DNA of 63,907 nt, filler included, from Octopus bimaculoides (GCF_001194135.2; 4 parts of 4 records of this genome joined end to end with filler, not necessarily neighbours in it); one strand, 5' to 3'; positions 39,390 through 53,380 are shown, numbered from the whole stretch's first letter. Notes: generated by a model from the sequence alone, not told the origin. Made by a program: numbers and translations.

Positions 39390-40145
39390 TATGTGCATAT
39401 TCCAAAATTTCAGTCTTCTGGAACCTGTAAAAATGATTTTGCCCCTGAAAAATGGAGCTCATGGAGCTCTAAAATGTGGGAATGAAGGCCCCTATTGGGG
39501 GTGGGTGTGTTAATGTCAACCAGAGAAGTTGAATTGTTGGGAATGTTTTTCACTTGGGTCTTATAGTATGCCTGTATATATGTAAGAGTATAGTTTCACT
39601 TTAATAGTTTCAGTACGAAATTGAAAGTATTAAAGTGAAAGTATTTGAAATTACAGTAGTGACATGTTATTATTCCACTTTTGAGATGTAATACTGAAAT
39701 AGTGGAATAGTTTCAGTGTTAAAGTGAAAGTATCTGACATTACAGTAGAATTATGTTATTGTTTAACTTTTGACACGTAATACTGAAATAGTGGAGGAGA
39801 TATGATATTGCTGTGGGCTTGAACTATGCAAGAAGTTAAAAATTGTTTTGGCCTAAGACACTACATTGACCCTAAGGAAGGCATGTTAATTTGGAATGAT
39901 ATTGGTTGTGTAGTTCTCGAGTTTTTGGGATTCAAACAGACACACATTCTCATCTTTATATATCTGATATTTATGCGCATATTCAAAAATTCTAGTGTTA
40001 TGGACCCTGTAAAAAGGATTTTGCTCCTGAAAATGGGGCTTTTGGAGCTGAAAAATGTGGGACTTAAGGCCCCAATTGGGGGTGGGTGTGTTAATGTCAA
40101 CCAGAGAATTTGAATTGTTGGGAATCTTTTTAACTTGTATGTAAT
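39390..40145 (+). mobile_element. Helentron/DINE-1-like non-autonomous repeat cluster with about 170-bp direct repeats (about 39390-39560, 39975-40145)
   Basis: Internal subrepeats (aaagtgaaagtat..tactgaaatagtgga) and terminus ttggttgtgtagttctcgagt..cagacacacattctcatctttatatat. Classification is by resemblance only. Confidence 0.5.
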
Positions 40146-40658
40146 ATGTATTGTCTGAATTTCTTTGAAATAGGAAATATATGTATGTTCACTGGGTTTG
40201 TAAAACAGAGTAAAGCTACAGGAAACCAAAAGCTGAATGATCACGATAATCAGTCGGCTATCGTAGCATAGTCGTTACTACTCCCCAATGTAGGATTCCT
40301 CACCATACAGGTGACAGGCACAGCTGTAAAATGCATTACGGATCTATAGCAATTGGAAGGGCATGACCCAATTGAAATAACAACGTGTGACGTTTGGAGT
40401 GAAGGGAAATGAAAGTGTCGCATCTGGAGTTTGCAAATGACCATTATACCGATAGGTAACTGGGCAGAAAGAATTTACAATCAATAAATGTCTTAGAACA
40501 ACCAGTCACTCATCTGGGAAGGCCTTGAAATCAATGTTACCAACTGCGGACTATGTGTGACTCAGTGATAATAAAAAGACTCAAAGGAGGTCTGCAAGGA
40601 AATAATTTTACTCAACACTTTGCAAGTGAATCAGTGGAGGCAAAAATGCATCTCATTT

Positions 40659-40758
40659 NNNNNNNNNNNNNNNNNNNNNNNNNNNNNNNNNNNNNNNNNN
40701 NNTTAATTAATTAANNNNNNNNNNNNNNNNNNNNNNNNNNNNNNNNNNNNNNNNNNNN
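40659..40758. other. Artificial scaffold-joining spacer N44-TTAATTAATTAA-N44
   Basis: Same 100-nt construct as 18303-18402. Confidence 0.95.
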
Positions 40759-40772
40759 TCTCTCTCTCTCTT

Positions 40773-40805
<33 letters not shown>

Positions 40806-40809
40806 TTCT

Positions 40810-41135
40810 CTCTCTGTGAAAGTATCTGTCACTACAGTATCGAAATGTGATTGTTTCAGTTAGTGGAATAGTTTCATTTTTAAAGTGAAAGTATTTGACA
40901 TGAGTGTTTTTGTTTCACTTTTGACACGTAATACTTAAATAGTGGAGGAGATATGTTGCCGCGTGCTTGAACTCTGCAAGAAGTTAATTTTTTTGACTAA
41001 AACACAACTGGAACCCTAAGTAAGGCATGTGTAAAATTTGAATGAAATTGGTTGCGTAGTTCTCGAGTTTTAGGGATTCACACAGACAGACAGACACACA
41101 GACAGACACACATTCTCATTTTTATATATATAGAT
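40810..41135 (+). mobile_element. Helentron/DINE-1-like repeat, same family as about 39600-39970
   Basis: Ends gtagttctcgagttttagggattcacacagacagacagac..attctcatttttatatatatagat. Confidence 0.55.
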
Positions 41136-41636
41136 TGTCTATAGTTATAATTATTTACATATGTATGTGTATGTATATATACATATATCTACGTATATAC
41201 ATATGTGCAAAAACATAGATACCGAAGTATATTGCTCGTTTAAGTCACGCTGCATAAATTTTGCTGTCGGCAAAATGGCGTAGATAACAGGAAGACAGGT
41301 TTTCTAAGTTAGAGTAATCACAAGTAAACTGAAGTGCATTGCTTATAGATATTAGCTATTATATTTCCTGCAGGAGATAGGCTTTAAATTGAAACTGATG
41401 TGTAATGATAATTCCGATAAAAGTTTTTCCGCTATTTATGTTTTTTTGTGTGATCTTGAGAGCAATACCATTATAATTGAAGACAAATACGCGCGCGCAC
41501 GCACATATATAAACGCACACACACACATCCATATGCACACACGCATTCATATGAATCATACATCAAGGGCGTAATTATAAGTAGGCAAAAACACAATGTT
41601 GACATGTTCGACGTACATGTGCCACTTTCCCGGTCG

Positions 41637-41679
<43 letters not shown>

Positions 41680-41681
<2 letters not shown>

Positions 41682-42910
41682 AAGGAAAATAAAACATTAT
41701 CCGCGCTGTCACCAAAACTTTCTTTCAATGGTATTCAAATCTTGATCGCTCCAGTGTTATAGGGTAAACACTCTTGTGTTATAGGGCAAACATGGTCGCT
41801 CCGCTGGCAGTGTGCACCAAGGAAGAACAGAGATCCGTGATCCGTTTTATTTTGTCTGAAGGTATGCTGGAAATTGAAATTCATTGAAGGATTTCAATAC
41901 AATACGGTGACAGGGCTCTACCGCGTCGAAGTGTGTATGAGTGGATCGAGAAGTTTAAAATCGGCGGACAAACATGAAGCAGAACGCTCATCAACTTCTA
42001 CCACTAACTTGAAGATTCAACAAGCTGGAGCGATGGTTCTAGCGAATCGATGAGTGACCCTCGATGAGGTGGCATATACTCTGTAAACTAGTCATGGTTC
42101 TGCATACGAAATCATCTACGACAAGCTTCGCTTCCGTAAAGTCTGTGCGAGATTGGTGCCAAGAGAGCTTACCGAGGCGCATAAGCGCAATGGTGTGGAA
42201 ATCTATCAACGCTTACTCGACCGCTATAGCGATGAAAGTGAAGCTTTTGTGGAAAAATGGTCACAGATGGGACCTGAAGACATTACTTTGAGCCAGAATC
42301 TAAAAGGCAGAGTATGGAGTGGAAACACCCGGAATCGCCAGCAAAAAACTCAATCTTCTGCAGAAAAACTGATGCTAACTGCTTTTTTGGAATGCAAAAT
42401 GGCCTATACTGGAATATTATCTTGAAACGAAGTCTGCAGTCACCAGTGTAGACTACAGAGAAATGTTGACCAACAAACTGGAACGAAGAATTTGCACCAA
42501 ACGCCGAGAACTATTGTCAAATCAAGCGTTATTGCTGTACGTCATTGCAGGCCCATATACAGTCACTCAATCAGGTGAAACTATTGAAAAATTGGGTTTC
42601 ATGTTGTTGAAACATTTTGCATACAATCCAGATCTCTTCCCTTTCAATTATTACCTCTTTAGACGGCTCAAACATCCTTCACGATGTAGTCGATTTTCTA
42701 CGGACGAAGCACAGGAAGCGGTGCGTAAATAAGCTGTGCGATTAGCCGAAAACTTTCTCTGATGGAATAAGCAAGTTTGTAGACTACTGGAAGAAGTGTA
42801 TCGAAAAACGAGGAGACTATGTCGACAAACAATGTAATTGTTCGATCCATGTTTTTGTTTTAATAAGTTACAGAAAGAAAAAAAAGTGCGCGTAATTTTT
42901 GACTTCCACG
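41680..42910 (+). mobile_element. Degenerate mariner transposon (second subfamily)
   Basis: CTKEEQRSVIRF, SVYEWIEKFK, LVPRELT (WVPxxL motif), YNPDLFPFNYYLF (YSPDLAPSD motif). Loose TIRs attatccgcgct / agtgcgcgtaatttttgac; inserted in (TA)n. Confidence 0.85.
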
Positions 42911-43099
42911 CACACACACACACACACACAGATTGATAGACAGACAGACAGACAGATAGATAGATATAGCTATACAAAAGCACACGCGCGCGCACACACA
43001 ATGAAATTGTTATTTGCACCATGTAGAGTGAGATCTGGATAATGTTTGAATTATCCTTTACACGGCTGGGCAAGTTCAGACGCAAAATATGCTGGTCGC

Positions 43100-43410
43100 T
43101 TTAGTGTACACAATAGGGGAATAATTTCTCTGTTTATACGACTTGCATCGAATGTCCTTGTGCATCATAGTTCTGATAGTCTTCACTGACACCTGTAGGT
43201 TATTGATTTTCCGGGATCATCCTTGATAATATTTTGAATCGTCTGGGTGAATTGCAATGTTCTTTTAGTGTTCAAGTGTTTGCAATATTGTTTCTCTTTG
43301 ATACAGTTGAAACATTCCGGTCAAAGGCTTCCAGTTACATGTGATCTTCCAACATTTAAAAGCTGGCAATTTCTAATTCACCGTGTTCCACACATGTCGT
43401 AACAATGACT
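43100..43410 (-). mobile_element. Tc1/maT-like transposase N-terminal remnant
   Basis: RTLQFTQTIQNIIKDDPGKSI..LQVSVKTIRTMMHKDIRCKSYK (HTH region). Confidence 0.6.
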
Positions 43411-44245
43411 GCACATCTTTTCATTTCATGTGTTAGCATTTTATGTACTGTGAGGAATCTGAAAGAAATAAAAAAATTTTTTAATTGGTTTGAAGAGAGT
43501 AATATACTGATAATTAACCGTCCTCAAATACCCATTGAACCCTATATATGCATTCAGAATTTAAACCTACATATAAGATGTGCGTACATGCATGTATGCA
43601 TGCGTACACGCACTTATATGCACAATGTCTCATATTTATATTTGCATATACATGTACATTGATAACGTTCCTCTACACAGTGTGTATGTATGCACGCGTT
43701 TTTTCACCGTTTATATGTACTGTATTCCATTTCAGTGCTGTATGTATGCATATGCACGTATGTCTGCGCTTTGAGCATCTTCGCGTATCCTTGTGTGTTT
43801 CTGAGTATGCTTCCCCATGCATACTGTGTATACTCACCCTTGTATTATGTGCTTGTGAGACTATCCAATACATTCGTCTATCTGTGGGTTTGTATGTATG
43901 CCGATGAGTTTTTTTGTTTGCATGTGTGTATATTGTATGTGTGTATATTTTTCATCTGTTTGTAACTACCTCGACCCAAGTCTTACTCCATGCCTTACAT
44001 CACTACAAAAACACCATCACAATGTTTTAAGACACCACACCGCTCCCTATACATAAAAAAATATTTCACTCAATGACCATAATGACTTTAAAAAAGCTTT
44101 AGCCAAGACTTATTAAGCTGCACTTAATTCCATCTCTCATAATAGTTTTTTCTCATTCCTATTGAAAGCAAAATTACCATTTTTAGATAAAAAAAAAAAA
44201 TAGCCCTATTCATATATGATGAATAGGGTTACTTTTTTATCCAAA

Positions 44246-44287
<42 letters not shown>

Positions 44288-44599
44288 CGCACACAAAACA
44301 CAAAGTCTGTTAACAGACAAATGCTATGTGTGTGTGTGTGTGTATGAGCGCGCGCGTGTGTGTGCGTGCGTGTGTGCGTATGTATGTATTAACAAGATTT
44401 TGCATAAAAATTGATGCAATTACAATATTTAAAGAAAGATATTTTTTAAAAATAACTATTTAAAAAAATATCCAAAAAACAGAATATCAAAAACCTTTGA
44501 GAAAAAATTTTTTGTATTGTGTGTACTCTGTGTGTAAGTGCTTCTGTTGACCCACTTTTCAGACACACATGTTCTGGACTAATCCATATAGATGTTGTT

Positions 44600-45800
44600 T
44601 TTAGTAATTGATGTTTTTAGTAATTGTTTTTAGTTTCGGATTTAGAATTCTTTCAAACTATTCTTATGCCTTTTGTAGTTGATCATTTTCATCTTTTATT
44701 TTGTAAAGAGAGAATATTTTGAATTTTCCGTTCACACAAATTTTGAAAAGTTCGCTACATCGATATGAGTTGATACTTTAATTTGCTGTTTATGCACACA
44801 TACAATTGGATGTTTTGTTCCTATTTCTTCAAGATAATTCTCGTTGAATTGTGGGCATGTAATGCAGTAGATGAGATTTTTTTGCTTTACATTTCATACA
44901 TGTGTTCACTTTCAATTCCTTCCCATTCTTGAAAATTTTGTTTGCTCTTTGTTAAAATATTTCGCATGTCTAACGACGAGGGTCTCTAGAGTTTGTTATC
45001 TGCATTGTTTCTTTCTCCGACGTGAATATTGCCTTTGTTAAGAGTCTTTTGTGATTTGGTGGTTGTCTTCGACAGTTGGTAATTTGTAATTCTTGAATTC
45101 TTTGTTCGATGATTGATGTAGAGGTAAGAGGTGTCGTTTGGCAGGGTGTAGAATATTGTGGTTCCTAAGATTATCGGTGACAACAAATTGAATATTTATA
45201 TTTTTGTTCTTGTTTTCATTCTCAGTCTGAGTGTTTCTCTGTAAGGCAGAGACTGGGATTTCTTTTGCTTTTGTTATGGCATGATTTATTAGGTTTTTGG
45301 GTAATTCTGTTTTGAATGGACATATTTAGTTATACCAGTTGTTTCTCACATTTATTCCAGTCATTGTTAAAGTTTTTCATTCCTGCCAGTTCTTTTTCCT
45401 CGGATTCTTGATCTTAATGTGATCTGAAGCAGCTTCTTTTCTTCATGCTTTCCTCCATTCATTATAGTCCTCAGCTACTTTTCGCTAGGTTGGATGCTTG
45501 AACAAGAGCGGAATCTTCTTGATTGAGCCACAAAAGCGTTTCTTAGGTACACCTTTACTTATTTCTGTAAGTGCAGGTTCAGTTTCTATTTGGCATCCAT
45601 TTATCATGGAAAAGCTATTGGATGTGATGTTTTCCAACGACAGTTTGGATTCTCAACAATTTTTTTTTTAATTGCCAGTATACCGTTATTTGCGGCATTG
45701 TCATCATATTTTACAGTCAGTATCAGTTAGAGCATTTTGCTAGTCGACATATTTGATGATGTGCTGTCCATCTTCCATAGCCATAGAGCAACTTAATTAT
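44600..45800 (-). mobile_element. Internally deleted Penelope-like element (N-terminal region joined to GIY-YIG, no RT core)
   Basis: 44620-44960: FKNGKELKVNTCMKCKAKNLIYCITCPQF..FKIFSLYKI..ILNPKL. 44990-45760 resembles the N-terminal region at 48700-49500. Confidence 0.65.
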
Positions 45801-45835
45801 TTTTCACAACCTGAATATATACTCAAATTTGACGG

Positions 45836-45874
<39 letters not shown>

Positions 45875-47000
45875 NNNNNNNNNNNNNNNNNNNNNNNNNN
45901 NNNNNNNNNNNNNNNNNNNNNNNNNNNNNNNNNNNNNNNNNNNNNNNNNNNNNNNNNNNNNNNNNNNNNNNNNNNNNNNNNNNNNNNNNNNNNNNNNNNN
46001 NNNNNNNNNNNNNNNNNNNNNNNNNNNNNNNNNNNNNNNNNNNNNNNNNNNNNNNNNNNNNNNNNNNNNNNNNNNNNNNNNNNNNNNNNNNNNNNNNNNN
46101 NNNNNNNNNNNNNNNNNNNNNNNNNNNNNNNNNNNNNNNNNNNNNNNNNNNNNNNNNNNNNNNNNNNNNNNNNNNNNNNNNNNNNNNNNNNNNNNNNNNN
46201 NNNNNNNNNNNNNNNNNNNNNNNNNNNNNNNNNNNNNNNNNNNNNNNNNNNNNNNNNNNNNNNNNNNNNNNNNNNNNNNNNNNNNNNNNNNNNNNNNNNN
46301 NNNNNNNNNNNNNNNNNNNNNNNNNNNNNNNNNNNNNNNNNNNNNNNNNNNNNNNNNNNNNNNNNNNNNNNNNNNNNNNNNNNNTGATGTAGTCAATTTG
46401 TTGAAATATCATTACAAAGCATTGTTCTATTTTTCTCCTTTCTTTGTTTATTCTTTTTCCAATGTATACCTATCAAAATATTTGTAAATAAATATATTTT
46501 CTCAGAAAGGCTGGTTACCTTTCAAAGATGTCAATTTTAGGAAGTAGGAAAAATAAGAAAAGAGCGGACAGTGCGGTCATCACTGAAAAATAAAAAGAAT
46601 TCAAAGTTCAAAGTCCTATGAAAATGTATATTACTTTATACTTGTATAGTCAAGTCCTATATTCTGTGTAATTCCATGTTTTGCATGAACAAACATTAAA
46701 TATTAGTACAATATTCATTAATTAGGAAAAAAAAAAGTTGGAATATAAAAATATAATTTCGTACTATTTATAATTCAATCTATTCTCTATGTACATTTAA
46801 TCAAACATCAAAAATTAGCTTTGTATGTACATTGTATATATAGCTGGAAGCCACTCTGTAGGATATAAAATAAAGCAAGGCTTGCTTAAAAATAATTTTT
46901 TAAGTATCTTTCATCCTTTTCTAGGATTTCTTTTTCTTTTTCTTGCTTGCTTGGGTAGGATAATTCAAAAGAGATCTTTTTCACGAATTACTTTGCCAAG

Positions 47001-47387
47001 AGTGGAGGTGCAATGGCCCAATGGTTAGGGCAGCGGACTCGCGGTCATAGGATCGCGGTTTCAATTCCCAGACCGGGCGTTGTGAGTGTTTATTGAACGA
47101 AAACACCTAAAGCTCCACGAGGCTCCGGCAGGGAATGGTGGTGAACCCTGCTGTACTCTTTCACCACAACTTTCTCTCACTCCTACTTCCTGTTTCTATT
47201 GTGCCTGTAATTCAAAGGGCCAGCCTTATCACACTGTGTCACGCTGAATACCCCCGAGAACTACGATAAGGGTACACGTGTCTGTGAAACGCTCAACCAC
47301 TTGCACGTTAATTTCACGAGCAGGCTGTTCCGTTGATTGGATCAACTGGAACCCTCGACGTCGTAAGCGATGGAGTGCCAACAACAA
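47001..47387 (+). mobile_element. Full-length tRNA-derived SINE (family D) with target-site duplication
   Basis: A-box tggcccaatggttagg, B-box ggtttcaattcc, (AAC)n tail; flanked by ctttgccaag (46991-47000) and ctttgtcaag (47388-47397). Confidence 0.88.
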
Positions 47388-47705
47388 CTTTGTCAAGTAG
47401 CTACATTAGATATATTTTCTAATAAGTGGTAAATTGGTTCTAGTATTATTTCTCGGGTATTTGTAACTTCTATAAGAACAACGGTTATCAAAATCCCAAT
47501 GTTATATATTTATATATATATCTGATCATTTATAGAGATGAGTGTCAAATATTAAATTTCCCCACCCTTTATTATTTTTTCTCCTCTTTCTTGATTGTCC
47601 TGAAACCGCTCTCTCTGTCTATTCCCCTTCCCTTTGCTTTTCTTTCTCTCTCTTCCACTTCCCCCCACCCAAAAAACAAAAACAATATTCTCCTTTTCTA
47701 AACAA

Positions 47706-48225
47706 GGAGTGGCTGTGTGGTAAGTAGCTTGCTTACGAACCACATCGTTCCGGGTTCAGGCCCACTGTGTGGCCCCTTGGCAAGTGTCTTCTACTATAGC
47801 CACGGGCCGACCAAAGCCTTGTGAGTGGATTTGGTAGACGGAAACTGAAAGAAGCTCGTCGTATATATATATATATATATATNNNNNNNNNNNNNNNNNN
47901 NNNNNNNNNNNNNNNNNNNNNNNNNNNNNNNNNNNNNNNNNNNNNNNNNNNNNNNNNNNNNNNNNNNTATATGTATATATGTATGTATGTATGTGTGTGT
48001 ATATGTTTGTGTGTCTGTGTTTGTCCCCCCAACATCACTTGACAACCGATGCTGGTGTGTTTACGTCTCCGTAACTTAGCGGTTCGGCAAAAGAGACCGA
48101 TAGAATAAGTACTAGGCTTCCAAAGAATAATTCCTGGGGTCGATTTGCTCGACTAAAGGCGGTGCTCCAGCATGGCCACAGTCAAATGACTGAAACAAGT
48201 AAAAGAGTAAAAGAGAAAAGCAAAA
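47706..48225 (+). mobile_element. Composite CORE-type SINE (family B head + microsatellite + family C tail), spanning a gap
   Basis: tggctgtgtggtaag..ccgggttcaggccc..cttggcaagtgtcttc (CORE-like)..(TA)n/(TATG)n..ttgacaaccgatgctgg..gactgaaacaagtaaaagagtaaaagag. Confidence 0.8.
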
Positions 48226-48379
48226 GAGCATCCGATTCATATAAATGAGCAACAAAACATTCTGTTTTTAACATTTTGATTTTGATTTTGTCTTGAATTC
48301 GAAAAACGAACGAAAGCGTTAATAAAGTATTATCCAAAATTCAGACAGCCTTCTTTTTCTCAATATGCAACATCTGTAC

Positions 48380-50760
48380 ACCACTTCAAATACTCTATAC
48401 ATATTTATTTGGGTGTACAAGATGTCAGAAGGAATGGATCAGAATCAAACTCACAACCGAGAGATATCAAAAGCAAGGAAGAATTCCTTGCAGAAATATC
48501 TAGTAAGTTGAATCTACTTATCTCAAAACTTGACACAGTTTTCACCACTACAGATAAAACTGTGAATAATACTCTTACACAAAATACTCTAACAACATGA
48601 ACGAAAGACACAAACACTACTCATGAACCATGCCTATCTAAAAGTTATATTTACGAGAAAGAAGCAAGAATTGATATACAACAAAAAAATCTGTTGAAAC
48701 TACAACTCTGAAACATGCTTCTAGATCAACGTAAAAATGCATATTAGAAAAGCATTCGATGTGACAATATAGCCAACGCCTACCAAAATTGGCGAAGTAA
48801 AGAATACCCAATCCTTCCCAGAAAATTTCTTATTAAAGAAATAATAGGTGAATCACTGGAAGAAGCGACGATACATGCAAACTTAGCTTTATGCCGACTG
48901 GAAGCGGAAACTTCTCTTCTCCAATCGCGAAAAATGACACGAAGACAAAGTCAAAACAATTGATGCAGCTATGTTTGCTGAAATCGCCGATCGAAGTGAC
49001 AATCGAAGTCATGAAAAATTACAACTATGGAAAGAAGACACTAAACTGGAAGAAGAAAAATCCATAAAAAAGTGGGAAAAACAACAAGAGTGGTTCACTA
49101 ACTATAAAAAAAAAAAACTGTGGAGAAAAAAATCCATTATGAAAACGAAAGCACAACAACAAAGAATACAAGGAAATCAAAAACAAACATAGACACCGAC
49201 CTCAGAGGAACTAGATTAAGTTATCGAACCTCTAGTTATCCAAAAACATATGCGGAGATGACCTCCAGCTCACACCAAGTACAGACTAGAAACCCATATT
49301 CTGCAATACCAAAACATAATACTGCAACAAACAAACACATGGGATATAGGAGTCAACCACCAACCCATAATATCAAAGACCCCAGATAGATGAATACATG
49401 AAGAAAAGACAGGAAAGCAAGTAACATGCAGGCAACCACCAACACACAATACCAAGTACTCTAGATGGATGCATACATAAAAAGAAAGACAAGTAAAATA
49501 CGGACAGCACAGAAACCATAATATGAATAGTCATCATGGAAACTCAAGAAACACACGATTTACGACCAACAATTCCACATGTCCTGAATGGCCCAATAAA
49601 CTTAGAAGATAGGAAGAAAACAGAGCCTATAGACAATGAAATACGTACAAAGAACATGAACCATCCCATCACCAACGAGGGAACCAGAATCCTGGAAACA
49701 GCAAGAAATGGAAATACAATAATGCAATTCCTTTTTTAGGGATAAAATGCCACAATCACGCACCAGACCCGATGCAACAGAAAATTTTAATGGGTACACA
49801 GAACATATAGACCTGAGGATCATTAATTTGTCAAATAGAATCTATTTAAAGGTTTCAAATTTACCCAAACACCCACCCCTAATCTCATTGAAATAAAATT
49901 TGATATTGAGCATTTTAACCGCCACCTCTGATTTATAGAATTCTTCGACAATAAGGATATAAATGACGAATCAATTGTGAGAAATAAATCCCACTTCACC
50001 CCCTACAAGGAGAATGACAAACATTTAGATGCATATATTGATACAATTTCGAAATTTCCCTTAAGTACCACTGTATGCAAACAAAACCTTCGTGAAGAGA
50101 AAAGAAGCCTTACTAACACTGAAGAATGACAATTCAGTCATCCTAAAAGAAGCCAATAAGGGAGTGGGGATAGTAATCATGGACAAAGACTACTCTAAAG
50201 ATAAAATATTGGAAATTCTAACAAACTAAACCTGCTACAAGATAGTTTTGTACCTTGTATTACCATTTATTTAGGTTAATAACCGTATCTTAATATGATA
50301 CAATGCTATGGATGTTTAATTTATTATATTTACAATCTTCGCTTAGGTTTATCTCAGTATATTAATTTGTTTACATTAGGAGAAATAATAGTATATAATG
50401 AATTCATTGGATTCTCTCCCTCCCTCCTTCTCTCGTTTTTAGTTTGCCATTTTTTGAACTTTTGATTTTTGGATTTTACTGTTGTCCATTATGCCTTCCT
50501 CTAATTTAAACTTTTAGTATAGCGTTCATAGCCTATCTCCCTTAATAACACCCTGTAAACCAGCGTTCTTGTTTCTAACGGTCATTTACTTAGCTATATA
50601 ATGTTATAACTAGCACGTAACCTTAACATTTAGCATAAGTCTTGCTTTTGTATGTTGGTTCTCTGACGATGAATATATGTGCAATTCCAGCACCTCTTAC
50701 TTTTTTGGAGTAGAATGCACATATATTTTAAAACATATGTAAGAATTAAAGGAACTTATT
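48380..50760 (+). mobile_element. Penelope-like element remnant: long N-terminal region up to the DKG motif, then 3' region
   Basis: LRIINLS..KGFKFTQTP, DIEHFNRHL, KSHFTP, LKEANKGSGIVIMDKDY. The RT core is absent after about 50230; the 3' region has AACGGTCA and a hammerhead remnant. Confidence 0.75.
50657..50745 (+). ncRNA. Degenerate hammerhead motif at the PLE 3' end
   Basis: TTCT-CTGACGA-t-GAATATATGTGCA..TGCACATATATTT-taaa-ACATATGT-A-AGAA: 13-bp stem II and palindromic stem III, but GAAA is mutated. Confidence 0.55.
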
Positions 50761-51342
50761 GTTTATATGCGTTTTGCTCCATTTATTATTATTCTTCATA
50801 TCTACTCAAAATACATCACTTTAACATGGTATTTCTACCTATTAAACGGGTGTGATATCCCAGTTTTTGTGTGGTGTTTGCTACCCATAGTAACTATTAA
50901 CATATTTACATTATCGAAGTTTTTTCAACCGAGATAATATTAATATATACATAAATTATATATATCGTGCATTTACTTATTAATTTTTCTNNNNNNNNNN
51001 ATATATATGTACGCGTGTGTGTGTGTGTATCAAAGTTCAAGGAAGGAGACAGATTAGTTTATTATCCTCCTGGTTTGGGTCGTCAAATTGGGAATACAAT
51101 CAAATATATACATATATATTTTTTATTATAATCCCAAGGTTGGGCGATCACAATACATATACAGAAAATTACATCAAATAAAATAAATCAAATTAAAATC
51201 ACGAGTAGGTGACATGTTTAAAAGATTTACAATAGTCCTCGAATGAAGTAAATTTGAATATAGTAAGGCGATTTAAAATTGTCCTCGAATGAAATAAAAT
51301 GAAGCAGTTCACTAATGAAATAGAAATATAATGAAGTGAGAT

Positions 51343-51422
51343 ATCTTACGACCGTTTCAGAGAACAAGTAAAGCAAAGCTTATTCTTTCGACTTTGGTGA
51401 CCGCATTTCCTTCATCAACGAT
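51343..51422 (-). ncRNA. Degenerate hammerhead motif in a PLE-like 3' fragment
   Basis: Minus strand: atcg-TTGATGA-a-GGA..TCTct-GAA-ACG gt CGT-A-agat; C3 is mutated and stem II is weak. Confidence 0.5.
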
Positions 51423-51609
51423 GGAATTTTTTAAAGTTTAGTTTTTTAAAAAGTTTAAGTTTTTTAAAAAGTTTAAGTTTTTTTAAAAAGCGTTTTTCAC
51501 TAAACAACCTTGTAATCTTGGTAATAAATATAGAATAGGCGAAAGAGTTGTAAATGAGTATAAAGGAAAAAATAAAGATGATAATTTCAAGCAGTCCGGT
51601 GTGTATAAA

Positions 51610-53365
51610 ATGAATTTTCATGTGTTTTATTCTTAAAATTACCCACAAGGGGCTATTCAAAGAGGGACAACACAAGGACAGCAAAGGTTGGAGTGGGGAA
51701 CGAATGAAACAAGATGACATGAAGGAAGAATGGATGTATGAAATGACGGCCACTTGAACTCCACACTCCGAGGGACCTCATTGAGACTTTTTTAAAACAC
51801 CATTTTTACAGTCTGAACAAATTCTAACATCAAGGGATGTTCGAATTTATGATTTCCGGGTAGATAGTTCTGAAACTTACCGTATCAAGTAGTCCTTCAA
51901 TTTCAATTTCTCTTCTCATATCGGAGACGCTCCGCCCGAAGTTCTCCTTCAGTTTATAAAATGTCTCTTTTGGCACCAGTGCACATTTCACATGTGAAGG
52001 CACCTCCTCACAATTCGAAATGTCCACCCGCACCCGGAAGTTCAAACTTTCAATTTTCCTTCTCGCACTTTCAGTTCTGTTATCAAACATTATAATGAGG
52101 TACTTTTCTCGGGGTGGGGAGGGGGAATTTGCGGCTCCTGTGTGATTGTAAAACTGGTGGTCGTGTCTGGGGGTGTAGGGTGATGGCCGGCGTCTGTAGG
52201 GGAGGGTTGCACATGGTGGGGACGGGTTGGTGAGTGGGATGAGGGTTATCATCAACAGTTTGTGGCCTTCTCTTTCTTTTTTTCCTTCTTACCGTTTCCC
52301 ATCCATCCTTGGTTTTCTCCTCTGCTTTCTTTTCTTTTTCTTCCTCGATGCTGGGCTATCTCCCACTGGTAATCGCAGTAGGTGGAGGTGCAGTTTCATT
52401 TTCGTTTTCAGGTAACACCGGTGTCTTTACGGGCGGGAGAGGGCATTCCACTCTAATGTGACCTTTTTGGCCATACTCCACTCTAACCCTAAGTATCACT
52501 TTTTCGTTGACCGTTATAGTCTCTGCTATATTTTCTAGGTCCTCCGGGGCGGCCTGAATAACCATTTCCAGGCCCTGCCCTTACCAATTTTTATGCGCTG
52601 TTCTAGTGGCTTAGAGGACCAGAATCTTATCTTCGAGGCTTAGCAGCATTGCTACTACCAGCCAGGCCACATCCACCTCCAAGGGGATATCTTGCACCCT
52701 TACCCTAGAAGCACGTCTTCCAAGGTAAATAGGTAGAAGTACCACCTCGTCAGTCTTCAGGGAGGTTGCCGAATGCTGGCTGGCAATTGCCTCGGTCCGA
52801 AACCGCACCTCCACTGTCGCGAACTTCCTTCCTCTGGCAGGGAAAGTAATTCCCTGCTAGATGGGTTTCAAGGCTTTCTCCACTTAATGTGTTGTAGCCG
52901 TGTCAATCTTCCTCGTTTTCAAAATGTAGGTCCTGTACACTATCGACCTTTCTTTTGTCGTTCTTGTAATATCTTGGGGAGGAGTCACCTTAACATCGTG
53001 CCCCTCCCTACGTGACCTATCCTTGTATTTCTCAAGTTCCTCCTTTTCCACACTTATCTCTTCACTTTGGCCTCTGGCCACGGTCGCAGAATCCATCTTT
53101 TCTTCCGTCTCCTTGCGTTTCACAGTAATTTCTCTCAGCAATTCTTGTTTGGACGACGTAAATTCCGAAGAACTAAGATTTTCGTATTCCATTTTTATAC
53201 AAATTATACTGCGCTTCTCCCTTCAAGCAAGGAGGAAAACGTCAACAAAACTACCGCAAGGCAGCAAAGCAAAGTGTTTATAAAACACGAAACAGTTAAA
53301 TAAACGTAGCAACAATCAACAAAACGTGCAACTTACTGGCAATCTCAAGAAAAATTACGCTTTCT
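51610..53365 (-). mobile_element. ORF1-only non-LTR-like element (half-LINE / HAL1-like), degenerate
   Basis: About 170-nt 5' UTR and ATG at 53192. Fragmented ORF of about 450 codons: charged N-terminus, central domain, zinc-knuckle remnant GQKGHIRVECP, Pro-rich linker and C-terminal domain ending at 51830. Then about 220 nt of 3' UTR with AATAAA. No EN/RT. Confidence 0.6.
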
Positions 53366-53380
53366 AGTTCTAGACAATTT

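Noticed and set aside
39600-41135. Haplotype duplication across the 40659-40758 spacer
   Set aside because: The similar blocks differ by roughly a fifth of positions and end at the repeat boundary, as expected for separate family copies.
47004-47080. tRNA gene
   Set aside because: It has A and B boxes but no proper cloverleaf or acceptor stem, and it continues into a SINE body with a TSD.
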